Assembly (NCBI RefSeq): GCF_000372725.1
Contig: NW_005202427.1
Coordinates: 1,028,459-1,092,458, forward strand
Length of the DNA: 64,000 bases
Source: Emiliania huxleyi CCMP1516
Lineage: Eukaryota
Reading direction: 5' to 3'
This document shows, piece by piece, positions 46,486-58,734 of the stretch (position 1 is its first letter; every line of letters starts with the position of its first letter). A program made the position numbers and the translations under genes. The notes below the pieces were generated by a model. It saw only the letters and a list, made by a program, of their open reading frames with translations, had not been told where the DNA came from and did no database searches.

Positions 46486-47634
46486 ATGTTCGGCGGCCCG
46501 GCAAACGGTGGCGCCCAGCCGGCGGGTGGCATGTTCGGAGCTGCCGGTGGCGCCAACGCTGGCGCGCATGGCGCTGCTTCTAACGGCATGTTTGGAGCGG
46601 GCGGTCTTGGTGGTGGAATGTTTGGTGGCGCCACAGGCAGCGCAAACGGCCAAGCGGCTGCCGGAGGCACGGCCCCAAACCCCGGTGGCAACCCCGGAGC
46701 CTCTGCAGGGATGTTCGGGCAAAAGGGAGGCTCGATGTTCGGCGGTGCTCCTGCCGGGGGCGGCATGTTTGGCGGCGGCTTGGCGGGCGGATCGAGCGCA
46801 GCAGGCGGCCCGACGGCACCAGCCTCTGGCGGCGCGCTTGGTGGTGGCGGCATGTTCGGTGGGTTGGCAGGGGCTGGCCTCAAAGGACCGACGGCGGCCG
46901 CAAGCACTCCGCCAGCCAGCGGCTCGCCCGCTGGAGGGATGTTTGGAGGCGCCGGCGCAGCTCCGGCTGGCTCAATGTTTGGCGGTGCCGCTGCTGCCGC
47001 CCCTGCTGGTGGAATGCTTGGCGGTGCCGCCGCTCCGGCTGGCGGGATGTTCGGGGGTGCTGCGCCAGCTGGCGGGATGTTTGGCGGTGCAGCTGGTGGG
47101 ATGTTCGGTAAAGCCGGCGGCGGATCGATGTTCGGAGGTGGAGGTGCTGCCGCCGCCGCCTCCCCGGCCGCTGCAAGCCCTAACGGCGTCTACCGCTACT
47201 GCATCGGCGTGCAGTTCGAGATCACGCCCAACGACCCGAAGCTCAAGAGCCGGCTCGCCAAGCTCGACAAGCTGATTCAGCTGCTGCCTAAGACCTTCGA
47301 AGTCTCCAGCCAAGCCGTGGGGATGACGCACAAGCGTGACGAGCCCGAGGCGGAGAAGGGCAACACCGAGGCCCGGATCATGGCGGCTCTCGAGGGGGCA
47401 AAGAGCGTGTACTCGGAGGAGACGCTGGAGGACGGCGACTTTTACGCTGACCACTACAAGGAACACCTTGAGCACTGCTCCAAGGTTGCTCAGGTTGGCC
47501 ATGCCATTAGCCACGCCGCACCGGAGAAGAAGCCGGGGCAGCAATCTGGCGGCGGCGGCAAGCCAGGGCTGGCTCCGAAAAAGAGCACGGGCCTCGGCCT
47601 CTTCGCCTCGCCGCGGGTCGCTCCAAAGGCTTGA
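46486..47634 (+). CDS. GMFG-repeat (FG-nucleoporin-like) protein with short folded C-terminus
   Basis: About 15 MFG repeats in Gly/Ala spacers, followed by about 130 aa of non-repetitive sequence. Confidence 0.7.
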   Translation: MFGGPANGGAQPAGGMFGAAGGANAGAHGAASNGMFGAGGLGGGMFGGATGSANGQAAAGGTAPNPGGNPGASAGMFGQKGGSMFGGAPAGGGMFGGGLAGGSSAAGGPTAPASGGALGGGGMFGGLAGAGLKGPTAAASTPPASGSPAGGMFGGAGAAPAGSMFGGAAAAAPAGGMLGGAAAPAGGMFGGAAPAGGMFGGAAGGMFGKAGGGSMFGGGGAAAAASPAAASPNGVYRYCIGVQFEITPNDPKLKSRLAKLDKLIQLLPKTFEVSSQAVGMTHKRDEPEAEKGNTEARIMAALEGAKSVYSEETLEDGDFYADHYKEHLEHCSKVAQVGHAISHAAPEKKPGQQSGGGGKPGLAPKKSTGLGLFASPRVAPKA

Positions 47635-48171
47635 GCGGTGATGCCCTGTGGGTGGCCGGTACTCAAGGTCTGAACAGTGGTGTCGGCGGACGATGCGCAC
47701 TCGGAGAATCTGCACATAACTGATCTCTGATGAGTTGCTGATGAGTTCGGCTTCGGGCACACACAAAAATGCAGAGCGTGATGTGATTGAACGTTGTTCA
47801 TTGTGTGTCACTGTCAGGGCGCTCAGGCACAGAGTGTAAGACACCGCGAACACGTAAGTACACTCTCTCTTACACGCTCCACATCCGAGTCGACAACAAA
47901 AACGTCTCTCACCTCTCAGCGGCCGCGAACCCCCCCGCGCCCCGGAGCCTAGCTGGACTGACACGCGACCCAGCCAGGGGTCTCAGGGATCAGGAGACCC
48001 CCTGAGACACCCCCTGGTCCCTGTCCGCACATGAACGGCGCCTCATCGGGACACCCGCATACGCACCATCCCCACAGGCGCTCACAACACACACACAAAA
48101 CGACATGCGCGAGATAGTAGGGGTTAGCTCGAGGGGGCTGTCTAGTGCGTGTGCGGGGGAACTTCAGGAAT

Positions 48172-49867
48172 CTATTCCTCGCTCTCGGAGTCGCGGGCCG
48201 ATTCGACGAGCGACGGGCGAGAGAGCTGGTCCATGCACCACTCCGTTTGCGAGCGGTACACGCTGCCCGACCGAGGGCGCACCGCTGCCGCCGCATCGTC
48301 TTGGTTCCGCATCGCCCCCTCGAGGCGGCTGCGAGCGTTTGGTAGGTTCGACTTCTCCCTCTGGCGGCACAGCGCCGCGAATCTGCCACCTGAGGTCGAA
48401 GCCGCGTCCTCTTCTCCATCCTCCTCCTCCTCGACGAGGGCGCACCGCGAGCGTGAGAGCGCGATGCGCATCGTAGCCGCCTCCTCCCACTCCGACTCGC
48501 TCTGCTTGATCGACGCCCGCCGCGCAAATGAGATGGAGCGCGCGATCGCCTCGTCCATGGCCGCCTGGAGCGAGCCCACGACATGTTAGCACCGGCCCGC
48601 GCGGGGCGAGCGTGTCAGAGCGAGGGTAGGTGCGTGTCAGAGCGAGGGTAGGTGCGCGGCGGCACCTCCTCCTCAGTCGCTTGCTCCACCTGCTCTTGCG
48701 CGGACGAGAGGGACCGGTCGATCGCGTCGTTGATCGCGGTCTCTTGCTCTGACATCTCCATCGCCGTCTCGAGCTCCTCCCGCTCGGCGCCCTGGATAGA
48801 GCAGTGAGGGAGAGGGGGGGTGGGTCGTTCTTTGCACGTCTTCGCGCGTGGCCTCCCCGGGCTGAGTACACGCCTCATCGTAGCACGACGACGCCAGCGC
48901 AACCTCGAGCTCCTGTCGCTCGAGGAAGGTGCGCGCAGCAAAGGCGCGGCGCTGCGCCTGGGCGGAGGGGTGGGCGTTGTCAGGGTGGAGGCGTTGAGCT
49001 GGAGCGCAGTGGTGGACCGGGCAGACGGTGAGTAAGAAACACCTCGGCACGGATCGCGAGGTCCTCTCGTGCCGAGTCGCGCTGCGACGAGTCTTGGAGG
49101 CGAGAGGAGCGGCTTCGTCGCAGGAAAGCGGGCGTCGAGGACAGGCGGCGTAGCGCGCTGCCGGACGAGCTGCGGGACCACGTGCGAGGCGTTGCCGGCT
49201 CGGAGTTTGGGCCCTCAAACGGCTGCTTGACGCGGCGCACGCTCAGCTGCACCGGCCGGGACGAAGCGAGCAGGAGCGCCGACCTCGCGCGCTCGATTGC
49301 GCGGTAGCTGCTCGTGACGATTGCCTGCTCGTCAATCTCAAAGATCACATCGCCTGGCAGGAGCTTTGCCGCCGCCGCCATGCCGCCGTGCGAGACGGCG
49401 GTGACGATGAACGAGTCGTCGCAAGCAGCGACTGCCATGCCGATGCCGTCGCCCTGCACAATCGGCAGGCCACCCGAGGTGAGGAGGACGGTGAAGTGCG
49501 TGCAATAGCACCACTGCCGCCCGTCGGCGACGGTATTGCTGAACGGCTCGACCGGTTGAGCCGGCGGAGGCGTCGCTGCCTCTTCGCCGTCGACGCTGGC
49601 CTGGTATGCAGGTGGCGGTGGCAGCGGCGGCTCGTCAGGCGAAGCTGGCCGCTCCAGAAGGGTGTTCGGGTCGAAAAATGAGCCGGTGGACGTGAGAGAG
49701 GCGTCGGAGATGAAGCGGTCGCGGCTTGAGGCAAACTGGTGCTCGCGGCTTGAGGCAAACTGGTGCTCGCAACTCTCGGAAGGCACCAGTGTGGTGCCCA
49801 TTGATGCTAGACTGACGACGCGTGGCTCTCGGCGGCCATATAGGGTGCGCTGTGCCACGGCCGCCAT
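48172..49867 (-). CDS. PDZ-domain protein with several UIM-like helices, multi-exon
   Basis: GIGMAV..IVTAVSHGGMAAAAKLLPGDVIFEID (PDZ). QELEVALASS, EELETAMEMSEQE and TMRIALSRS are UIM-like. Confidence 0.7.
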
Positions 49868-50032
49868 TGGCGAGCGTCCCGCAAAGCAGGCGGTTGAGGA
49901 GCGACCAGCTTTTTCGGAACTCCCCCGCAGTTTTTTTTGCGCCGTGAACGCCACCAACCTGCAACCTGGCATCGACAGTTGTCTTAAATCTTGTAACGAA
50001 CGAAGCGTTGCGCGACTTGCCGCCTTCGCGCG

Positions 50033-51013
50033 ATGTCCTCCTTTCACCGATCGACGCACGAGGTCGACAGGACGTGGCACTCCAGGACGCTGGGGTACGA
50101 TCGGGGCGGCGTCCTCCTCAGCCACGACGCAAAGCGGCAGGATCCACCCCCGCTCCCGCCTCCGAGCGCAGTCAGCCTCGCATTCACGGGCGAGCCGGCA
50201 CCGCCGGACCCCAAGCTGCTTGGCGGCCACCGAGCGCAGAGCGAGGTTGCGCTTCGGGCGCGCCGACAAGGCAGCGATATGGACCTGGCGATGCACGGTG
50301 TCAGCAGCGCCGCCAGCCAGACGCTGCGGCACCATGCGCAGAGAAGGGGAGCGGAGATGGCCTCCCTCTTGTCTTTCGAGCCGCCCCCGGCGGCGGCGGC
50401 ACTTGACGATCCCTTTGCGCACGTTCGCGTCGGAGGCCGCCGCAAGGCTGCGTCGCAGGGGCGCGTGTCGGACCCACTAGCTCTTGCCGTCGCAGATGTT
50501 GCGGCTGCTAGCGCCGCAGGTGTCGTGAGGAGTGGGATTGGCGGCGGGGAGGGGACGGGCGGCATCGAGGCGGAGGACGTGGCGATGCAAGCGGCGTACA
50601 GCGATCTGATGAGCGCGATTGACGCCGCGGGAGGCGAGTGCTTGGAGCCGGAATACGTGTTCAGATTGCTCGCCATGCATCATCTGAAGCCACACTCGGT
50701 CGAGGGTGCAGCCGAGCTCATCGATGCGATACATGCGCGCGGCTCCAAGCTACCCCCTATCGAATTTGCCCGCTGCATGTACCGGAAGGCCGAGCCGAAA
50801 TCGCAGAACAGACCGCCTCCGGCACTGGCGCCTGCCCCCGCGCCAGCCTGGACCGCATCGGCACCCGCTCCAGCGCCCGCTCCCACACCCGCGGGCCCCA
50901 AGTCCATCGTCGAGCTGCGGAAGGCGGCCGGCGGCCTGACCGTCGCCAACGCTGAGCTCGCTCGCCTGCTGAACCCTGAGCGCGGTGAGACCACTCGGCG
51001 GCGAGCAAGGTAG
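50033..51013 (+). CDS. Hypothetical protein, divergently transcribed from the PDZ gene
   Basis: 326-aa ORF with ATG, plausible composition and a PA-rich linker. Confidence 0.55.
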   Translation: MSSFHRSTHEVDRTWHSRTLGYDRGGVLLSHDAKRQDPPPLPPPSAVSLAFTGEPAPPDPKLLGGHRAQSEVALRARRQGSDMDLAMHGVSSAASQTLRHHAQRRGAEMASLLSFEPPPAAAALDDPFAHVRVGGRRKAASQGRVSDPLALAVADVAAASAAGVVRSGIGGGEGTGGIEAEDVAMQAAYSDLMSAIDAAGGECLEPEYVFRLLAMHHLKPHSVEGAAELIDAIHARGSKLPPIEFARCMYRKAEPKSQNRPPPALAPAPAPAWTASAPAPAPAPTPAGPKSIVELRKAAGGLTVANAELARLLNPERGETTRRRAR

Positions 51014-51972
51014 GAAGGCTCAACGAGGTCGCCCGGAAGCGCGCGCCGCGGCTGCAGAGACGGGAGGCGGCCGGAGGCGGGATAGAGCGCGGGCCGCGCG
51101 AAGCAGGCGGGCCTGGCGATCCTCCGGTGCGCCATGTGTGCACGTGAAGTGTTCGTATTCGTTTCGCTTCTGGTGCGGTGTCACGCGGGCCGGTGAGGGG
51201 TGGGCATGTGCGCACGTATGGTGGCTGGGGACGGCCAGTGAGTAGTGTGACTCGAGTTCACGAGTGTGTGCCTTGAGTCAGAGATAGAGAGTGCGCAACT
51301 CTTGGTGTGTATCTGAATCTGTGAGAGTGTGTGAGTGTGCGTCCGGATGTGTGCAGCGTGCTCTCAAGAGACACTAAGAGACACGGACGAGCGGACGCGC
51401 TTCCGTCCCCCCATAAAGTAGCCCGCCATTGGAGACAGGAGACGCTTCGACGGCCCCGGACGGCACCGCCGCGCGCCGGGCGTCGGGGCGGGCCCCACCG
51501 GCGCGCGCGGGAGCATGGGAATTCATTATACAAATGTTTTGGTGAAAAGGAGAGACGGGCTTCACCGCGACGCCGGAGAGAGAGGCGCGGCAACGCGCAC
51601 ACCGGTCTCCCCCGGCACAAGAGACCACCCCACACACATTGTGTGATGGACATGGAGGGCGAGCGAGGGCGAGAGAGCAACACGCACACATGCGGGAGGC
51701 CAACAAATATCACGACCACATTCTACGAGAGTCATGCGCGACGACATAAGAGAAAGACGCCCCAGCAGCGCCGAGAGTCTACAGATGGCTCCAGCACGCA
51801 GAGGAAGCCGCGAGCGCGAGCGAGGGCGCAGGCACACAAGGCGCAGCCGAGGGCCTCTTCGCGGATACACAGAGGTGGCCTGCGAGCGGGTAGCCGTGAT
51901 ACAGATGGGAAGGCAGATGGAAGGCGGGCTGGGAAGGCAGATGGAGAAGCAAAAGAGGAGGCCCCGGCTAGC

Positions 51973-54367
51973 TCAGCTCCGAGGCGTCGCCGCGTTGCGC
52001 GCGAGTCCGCGAGGTGCCCGCCGCAGGGACCCGGCGAGGTTGGCGAGGGCTCGCTTGACACGGACGCGCTTCGGCAGGGTCGCCTCGACAAGCGCCTCCT
52101 CCGCCGCCTCGGCGCGCAGCACAGCCGCGTCACGCTGCACCTGCTCACAGCGGGAGGTGTGAAGAGGCGCTCTCCACAGGGCGAGGTCGTGGCACGCGCC
52201 GTGCTGCGCCTCGAGCTCGCGCGCTCGCTCCCCGGCGCAGCTCGCCTCGAGGGCGGCGCTCCGCAGCTGCGTCTCCAGCTCGCGCTTTGCGAGCTCCGCT
52301 GCCGACAACTCATCCTTGGACGACGTCCGCGACGCCTCCGCCAGAGCCTCGAGCCGCTCCACCTCGTCTGACTTCTCGCGCAGCGCCCGCTCCATCCGCG
52401 CGAGCTGGTCCTGCTGCGATTCGAGCGCGTCGTCGAGGTCTCCGACCCGCTCCGACCAAAACTCCTTCCCCTCGGACAGCATCGCGGCCGCCCTCGCCTC
52501 CGCCTCCTCCGCTGCCGCGGCCCGCGCCTTGGCCTCCTCGAGCTCGACGTGAACTTTCGCAATCTCCGACTGCGCCGCGTGCATGGACGCCTCCATGGTA
52601 GCGCGGGCCAGCTCGGCCTCTCGCGCCGCGCCCTCGGACTCCGCAGCGCGAGCGACCGCCGCTTCGCGCGCAGCATCGCTCCTCCTCGCCGCAAGCCTCG
52701 CAGCATCGCGCTCGTCCAAAGCTGATGCGATTTGAGAGCGTGCAGCCTCGTCCAGATTTGTGAGCCTGCTCTTGGCCTCGTCAAGCAGGTCTCCGACTGT
52801 CGCGCCACGCTTTGCGCTCTCAAGGACGCGCTCGAGGGTGTCACTCACAGCCTGCCGCTCCGCCGCCGCCGTCCTCGTCTCGTCCGCCGTTCGCATGTGC
52901 GCCGCACGGCCGGGTGCGGCGGGTCGCCCGGCTGCGAGGAGGAGGAGCAGCATGTGTCAGTCACTACTGCTCAAAAGGCAGTAAATCCGATCGATGTGCT
53001 TCTTGCCGACGTGAAAAATAAGAAGCGGCCCCCGCGAGCGTGGAATAGGACCGCCGCAAGCGGCGTGGCGTGGAGCGGTTGAGCATCCCTCCGGGGGCCC
53101 CTCTGCGCCGGGGAGGCGTTGTTGGCGGCTAGGACGCAAGCGTCCGTCGCCGTTTTCAAACTCGGGGCCCACTCCGCTACGCTCCGACCCGAATTTGGAG
53201 GGCCATGAAATTTAAGGTGTTGCTGCGCAAAAGGGGTGGCGCGCGGGCGCGCGCGGCGGCAGGCGTCGAGCGCGGAGCGGCAAACACAATGACGTCGGAA
53301 AGCTCTGCATCAAGTATACAGTAGGCGCCAGGACGCGTGTGAGCACGTCGACGTCGAGCTCGAGCTGCTTGAGGGCGGAGAGATACGCCTGGGAGGGCGG
53401 TGAGGTGGCGGGGCTGGGCTGGGCGCGAGGCGAGAGGAAGGGGGAATGGGGAGGGGGGGAGGGGAGGAGGAGAGGGGAGGGGGAGGGGAGGAGGGGAGGA
53501 GGGAGGGGAGAGGAGAGGCGGGCGGAGTGAGGAGTGAGGGATGGGTCGGGAGGAGTGAGGCAGGGGAGTCGAGGCGGGAGGCGGGAGGGAAGGCGGGCGG
53601 GGAGGCGGGAGGGGAGAGGTTCCGCTCACCAGCCTCTCTGCGAGCACCGCCTGCTCCAATCACCCTCTCGTGCGCGACCGCCGTCTCAAACTTCTCGCGC
53701 GCCTGCGCCTCCAGGAGGGCCGCTGCCTGCTGCAGCTGCGTCGAGTGCTCCGCGCTCAGCTGCTGCAGCTGTGCTGAGTGCGCCTCCGCCGCCGCCGCCT
53801 GCTCCTCGCGGAATCGCTCGACCAGCTGCGCCTCGATCGCAGCCTTGGCCTCCTCGACCGCCGCCGCGCTCGCCGCCTCCTGCCGTCGCATCAGCTCGAC
53901 GAGCTTGGCGGCGTCCGCCTCCTCCTGGCACTGCAGCGCTTGCTGCAGCCGCGACGCCTCCGCGTCCCGCGACTGATGCGCCTTGAGCAGCTCCATCAGG
54001 TGCGTCACCTTTCCCTCCAGCTCGGACGCCGCGGTGGGAGCCGGCGGCGCGCCGTCGCAGCGCGCCGGGGCCGACGGCGAGAGCCTGTGGAGGAGCCGGT
54101 GGAGCAGTCGAGACTGCTGACCGCTCCTCCATGGTCCCCCGCCGGTGGACGCCGAGTGCAGTCATCGGTATGCGGGAGGCGTGCTCAAGGGCTGGCGGGG
54201 CGGACGCGACGACCTGGCGTTGCCGTCGCGGAGGGCTCGGGCTCGAGTGAGCGCCGCCGGCGACGCGTCGTTGCGGCCGTGGCCGCGCGGGCCACCTGCA
54301 TCGACGGGCTGCTTAGGGGGGGGGGGGGGGCGCCAATGTTGAGACGCTCGCCCGTCGGCAAATCCAT
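51973..54367 (-). CDS. Coiled-coil protein, apparently interrupted at about 52900-53330
   Basis: Long E/A/Q-rich heptad ORFs at 51973-52890 and 53630-54008, GTGAGC donor near 53629, and foreign sequence between the halves. Confidence 0.5.
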
Positions 54368-57080
54368 CCGTGTTGGCACCAGCTGAGTGGAAAGGAGGAT
54401 TTCAGGTATAATTCATGTATGGGAGTATGCTAGTACAACACTGCTGAACTGAAATACACACGTATTTCCAGTCCAATCACAAGTACACATACTTTAATAC
54501 TTGATTTTATCTCTTTCAGTGTGTGGGCGAAGTAGCGGAGTAACTGGGAGGCTGCGGCGCAATACGACGCAATATGGCAGTAGGCGCGGCACGCTAGGAC
54601 GTATGCAGGTACGCCGGGCGCCTCCCAGAGTATGGGTACTGGTGTACTGCATCATACTTGGGTATGTCGAGCCTTGGAGTATCGCAGTATCTCGGAAGCA
54701 CCAGTGCAGTATCTGCCAGTATTCTCCAGTATTCTCCAGTATGGCCCAGTACAGCAGTATGAGGGGAGGCATCGGGCCAGACAGTGACACAGCAGGTAGC
54801 GCGCCTCTGGCTCAATTTTGCTCTTCTTGAAACCGGTGATGCTGCGCAGTTTTGCCAGGGCCGCCACTGTCCTCGTGTTTGATCCCGACCGAGTGCGCAA
54901 CGTCGGGAAGCGACACATACGTAATGTGTGCATGTGCATATGCACATCGAGGGGGAGAGGTGAGAAGCTGGCAGTAGCTCCAAAGTCGCAATCGTTGGCG
55001 TTGGAATGGGACGGCTCGAGCAAATGCATCAATCCCGCAGTGCCGAAGGTAGTGGTAACAGGATGTTGTACGGGGGTGCGCACGGCAAGAGTTCTCACGA
55101 ATGCTGGTGCCGGCTGTATTTGGCGCTGCGTGTCAGCACAGGAGTATGTCTGGCCAGGCAAGCTGAATGTGGACATCTCGTCCCCGTTCCTAAATGAATG
55201 AAGAGACCAAACTTTGGAGCCGCTCTTGTCCTGGGCAACGTCCTGTCGCGTTTGCCAGTCTGCGGTCGCGCTATCTGCCAGCCTCGTTCGTTGCACCAAG
55301 ACGGCAGCCGTGCGCACGAGGTATGTGCGTGAGTCGTTTTTGTGTGTGCGGTTCGGGAAACATGCGATTCAATGCGCAGTGGCGCGTCGCCTTTGCTGGA
55401 GAGTCGACGGCGGCCTCTCGAGTGGCAAGTCCTCAACATGAAAAAAACAAAAGAACGACGAAAGCAGAGTCTTCAATACCTAAATTTGGGGGGACGCACG
55501 AATATGAGGTTTGTGCGACACATGCATTCGGTCGGCATGCTCGCCCTCGTGGCGGGCATGCCCCTGACCTACACCGTGCGGGACTGTGGCACCAGGCGCG
55601 GTACACTGTATGACACTGGCTTCCTTCCAAGCACGTTGCAGACGGCTTGGGACAAATACAGCGGCGCGGTCGGCAACGTCCTGCCGCCCACCAGAAGCGA
55701 CCACAAGCGGATTGTGTGGTCATCTGCTTGCGTGTGCGATGTGTTGTGGCGCAGATTGCGCTTGTGCGATGTGTTGTGGCGCAGATTGCGCTTGCGTCCC
55801 AAGCCATTGGCCTGGTGCAGCGCCAGCCCCCCGTTTTCTGATTCGAATATTTCAGTAAGGCAAAGCTTTCTTTTCTTTTTCCAGGCGCGGTCGGGGGCAC
55901 TTGGGGTGCGGCGCGACTTGCACTAGTGCGCCGTTCCGTGGGGCTTGGCGACAGAGCGATCGCCGTGCTGTGGATCATCGGGGCACAAATCCACAAAGGC
56001 CTCTCCTCCCTCCGCGTTGCGACGAGCTCAGCCACAAGTACGACGGTTGCGGACTGCGCATTCTGGGGACGGTGGACACAATCCATTGGTTCATCCCGTC
56101 TGGTGCGTCCCGTCCTAGCACCCCTGCTCGATCGCCGTGTTCCGCCACCACCCACGAGAGTCACATCTCATGAGTCACACCTCGCCACAGTCAAACTCGC
56201 ATCAGTGGGAGTGGGAAGAGGCGGCGTGGTGGCTCTGCGTGTGCGTGGGCGCGCGCGCACCTGCAACCACAACCTGTTTGTGATGCCGCTGCAGGATAGG
56301 CCGGCCTCTTCAGGATGCCTCGTTGCCTCTTTAGGACTGCCCATCGACGAGCGCTGGATCAATCCATTGAGCAAGGACCGCCCAGCAGCAGTTGCAGTAT
56401 GCGGCCGGCATTAAGCTAGCTAGCCCTTGCAAGGCCAGGTGCGCCGCCGAGCGCCGCTGCTAGCAGTTGCAACCTGGGAGTGTGAGTTCTGGCTCCGGGT
56501 GCTCTAGTGAGTCTGGCAGCCGAGTGGTAGATCCCGCCGCAGCACTGCACATGCACCAGTATGGAGCAGTATTCTCCAGTATTCTCCAGTATGCCCCAGT
56601 ACAGCAGTACGGATGGAGCTGTGATGCAGTATCCAAGTATGATTACTTCGCCGTATTGGGATATGGTGTGCATGTGAGGTACAGCAGTAAGGGGAGGTAT
56701 CTCATGCAGTATTGCAGTATGATGAGACTGCATGTCGCGTATCAGGCTGTACCCACGTACCGGTTGCGCTGGCTCGGTGTACGGGAGTGGGGATATCTGA
56801 CCAAACTAGAGGAACGCATCAGGGCAGCTATGGCAATATTGGCGGCTATTCTTGCAATATTGTAGTACGACACAGACGCGGCGAGATAAAAATACCTCAT
56901 ATCTGAGATCCTTCCTTCCACTGAAGGCTTGCACGGCCCACATCGCCGGATTCGTGCACGGTATTCGGATTTTGCTATTTGCTCGTGTGGGGGTATATCG
57001 CAGATTTGTCAATGGTACCGCGTCTGCGACGCGGGCGCCTTGCGGGCAGAGCCCTTAGCCACCCCGTTTTATCTTGCGCG
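53178..57080. mobile_element. Two-ended non-autonomous element X, copy 1
   Basis: Shares a 27-bp left end (tacgctccgacccgaatttggagggcc) and about 170 bp of right end with 63092-63971; the interiors are unrelated. Confidence 0.55.
54387..56921. mobile_element. Non-autonomous TIR DNA transposon with 3-bp TSD (TGA), PIF/Harbinger-like or CACTA-like
   Basis: 23-bp TIRs with 19/23 identity (GTGGAAAGGAGGATTTCAGGTAT), TGA at 54384-54386 and 56922-56924, and an empty site with a single TGA at 63807-63809. Confidence 0.82.
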
Positions 57081-57242
57081 GTCAAAAAGCGCCCGCGCCA
57101 AACACCGCCTCGGCGGAGCCTCCGTCCGAGGGGGAAGGGGAGGCGAGACCGACGTTTTTGCAATTCTTTTTCTGATTCCTCCTTCCCCCCCCCCCCCCAC
57201 AACAGCCGCAACACTCTCACTCTCTCACCGGCGGCAGCCCGC

Positions 57243-58211
57243 TCACCTCCCGTTCGAGCAGACGCACTGCCCCATCAGCGTCGACACGGCCGAGGCGCAC
57301 ACGTCCAGGGTCTCCAAGACCTGCGGGCTCACGCCGAGCCGCGACGCGCGCCGCCTCGCCATCAGCGCCTCGCCGAGAGCGAGCGGCGCCCCCGGCGTCG
57401 AGCACGCGGTGCACGCGGCGCCCGCGGCGGCGGCGGCGTCCGCCGCGGCGGCGGCGGCGTCCGCGGCGGCGCCCGCGGCGCCCACCTCCTCGGCGCGCCG
57501 TGCCCCCGCGTCGGTCGCCTCCGCCCAGGCGGCCGCCGCCGCGGTCGCCTCCTGCAGCACCTCGTGGAGGTCCGCGCACGCCTCGTCGAGCACCGCCGGG
57601 AAGCCCATCAAGTCGCGGGGCCTCTCGGACCAGACGCGCCAGAGATGCACCGCCAGCTCCGTGTGGAGCTCCTGCAGCGGCTGCAGGCCGCCGCGGAGGA
57701 GGAGCTCGTGCAGCGTCCGCTCGGGGCACCGGCGCCGCGCCGACCTCCGCAGCGGCGACGCGACGCGCAGGTTGACCCCAAAGTAGGCTTGCAGCACCGC
57801 CGTGGCGTTGATCGACGCGGCGGCGAGGGGGAAGCCCGCCCGCGCCGCGGCGGCCAGCGGCACGCGGCCCGAGTTGACCACCGCCAGCAGGTGGTGCAGG
57901 CCCATCACGCCCGCGCCGCGAAAGTCCTTGGCCGCCTCCTCGCTCTGAAAGCCGAGGTCCTTCCAGCGCTCCGTCGAGGGCGCAAAGGCGTCCGCGTCCG
58001 CGGCGCCAAAGGCGGCCGTCCACAGCGCGCGCAGTAGGTACTCGTGCGCGGCGGGATGGAAGCTCGTGCACGCCGCTTCGCGCATCCGTGAGAAAGTTGA
58101 CATGAGGTCTTCGAGCTCGCGCTGGTGGCTGCTCAGGCCGTCGGCGTGCGCGCGGGGCGCGGTGTTGGGGTCAAGCGGAGACAGCGGCACGATGGTGGCG
58201 ACACGGGCCAT
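57243..58211 (-). CDS. ELMO/CED-12 domain protein (ELMOD-like), intronless
   Basis: HEYLLRALW, RWKDLGFQ..KDFRGAGVMGL and FPLAAASINAT motifs. Confidence 0.88.
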   Translation of the reverse strand: MARVATIVPLSPLDPNTAPRAHADGLSSHQRELEDLMSTFSRMREAACTSFHPAAHEYLLRALWTAAFGAADADAFAPSTERWKDLGFQSEEAAKDFRGAGVMGLHHLLAVVNSGRVPLAAAARAGFPLAAASINATAVLQAYFGVNLRVASPLRRSARRRCPERTLHELLLRGGLQPLQELHTELAVHLWRVWSERPRDLMGFPAVLDEACADLHEVLQEATAAAAAWAEATDAGARRAEEVGAAGAAADAAAAAADAAAAAGAACTACSTPGAPLALGEALMARRRASRLGVSPQVLETLDVCASAVSTLMGQCVCSNGR

Positions 58212-58329
58212 GGGCGCTTAAACCCAGTATCCCCACAATCCAGCCCCAGAGGGGCGGGTAAGGGCGTAGACCTTAGGGCGGGCACGCCTTCCCACAACGC
58301 GAGCACAACGGCTTGCGTGCGAAAAAGAA

Positions 58330-58716
58330 TTCCCGCGGCGCAAGAATTTTGATTAGACTCGAGGGGCCAGGATACGCCGCGAGGAGGACGGAGTTGCGCC
58401 GAAAGGCGAAAGAAACCGCGAGAACAAGGGACCGGCAGGCGGCGGCGTCACAGGACGAGGCAGAAGAGAACGACGCGACAGAGGAGGAAGCGACAGGAGG
58501 GAGAACGACGAGAGTGGGACGACCGCGAGGTGGCATGAAGGTTGCAGCGAGAAGCGGCGAGAGACTGCGAAGAGAGATAGGAAGAGGCAGACTCCCTAGG
58601 GTGGGCGACGGCTAGCGCACCAACCACACACCTCTCCTTAAAATCCCTGTGTGGTGGCGGCGTGCCGTCCTCCCATCCCTCCCTTGGGTTGTCTGTTTTC
58701 TTTCTTTTCTTTCTTT
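58330..58716 (+). mobile_element. 5'-truncated non-LTR retro-element-like 3' end with (TTTC)n-like tail; second copy at 62932-63091
   Basis: About 160 bp near-identical to 62932-63091. ORF end (GRLPRVGDG*) is followed by a 3'UTR and pyrimidine tail. Confidence 0.6.
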
Positions 58717-58734
58717 GCAGGACACCCGGCACGG

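Noticed and set aside
54830..56410. Transposase inside the TIR element
   Set aside because: All frames are interrupted and no DDE or Myb/SANT motif is identifiable.
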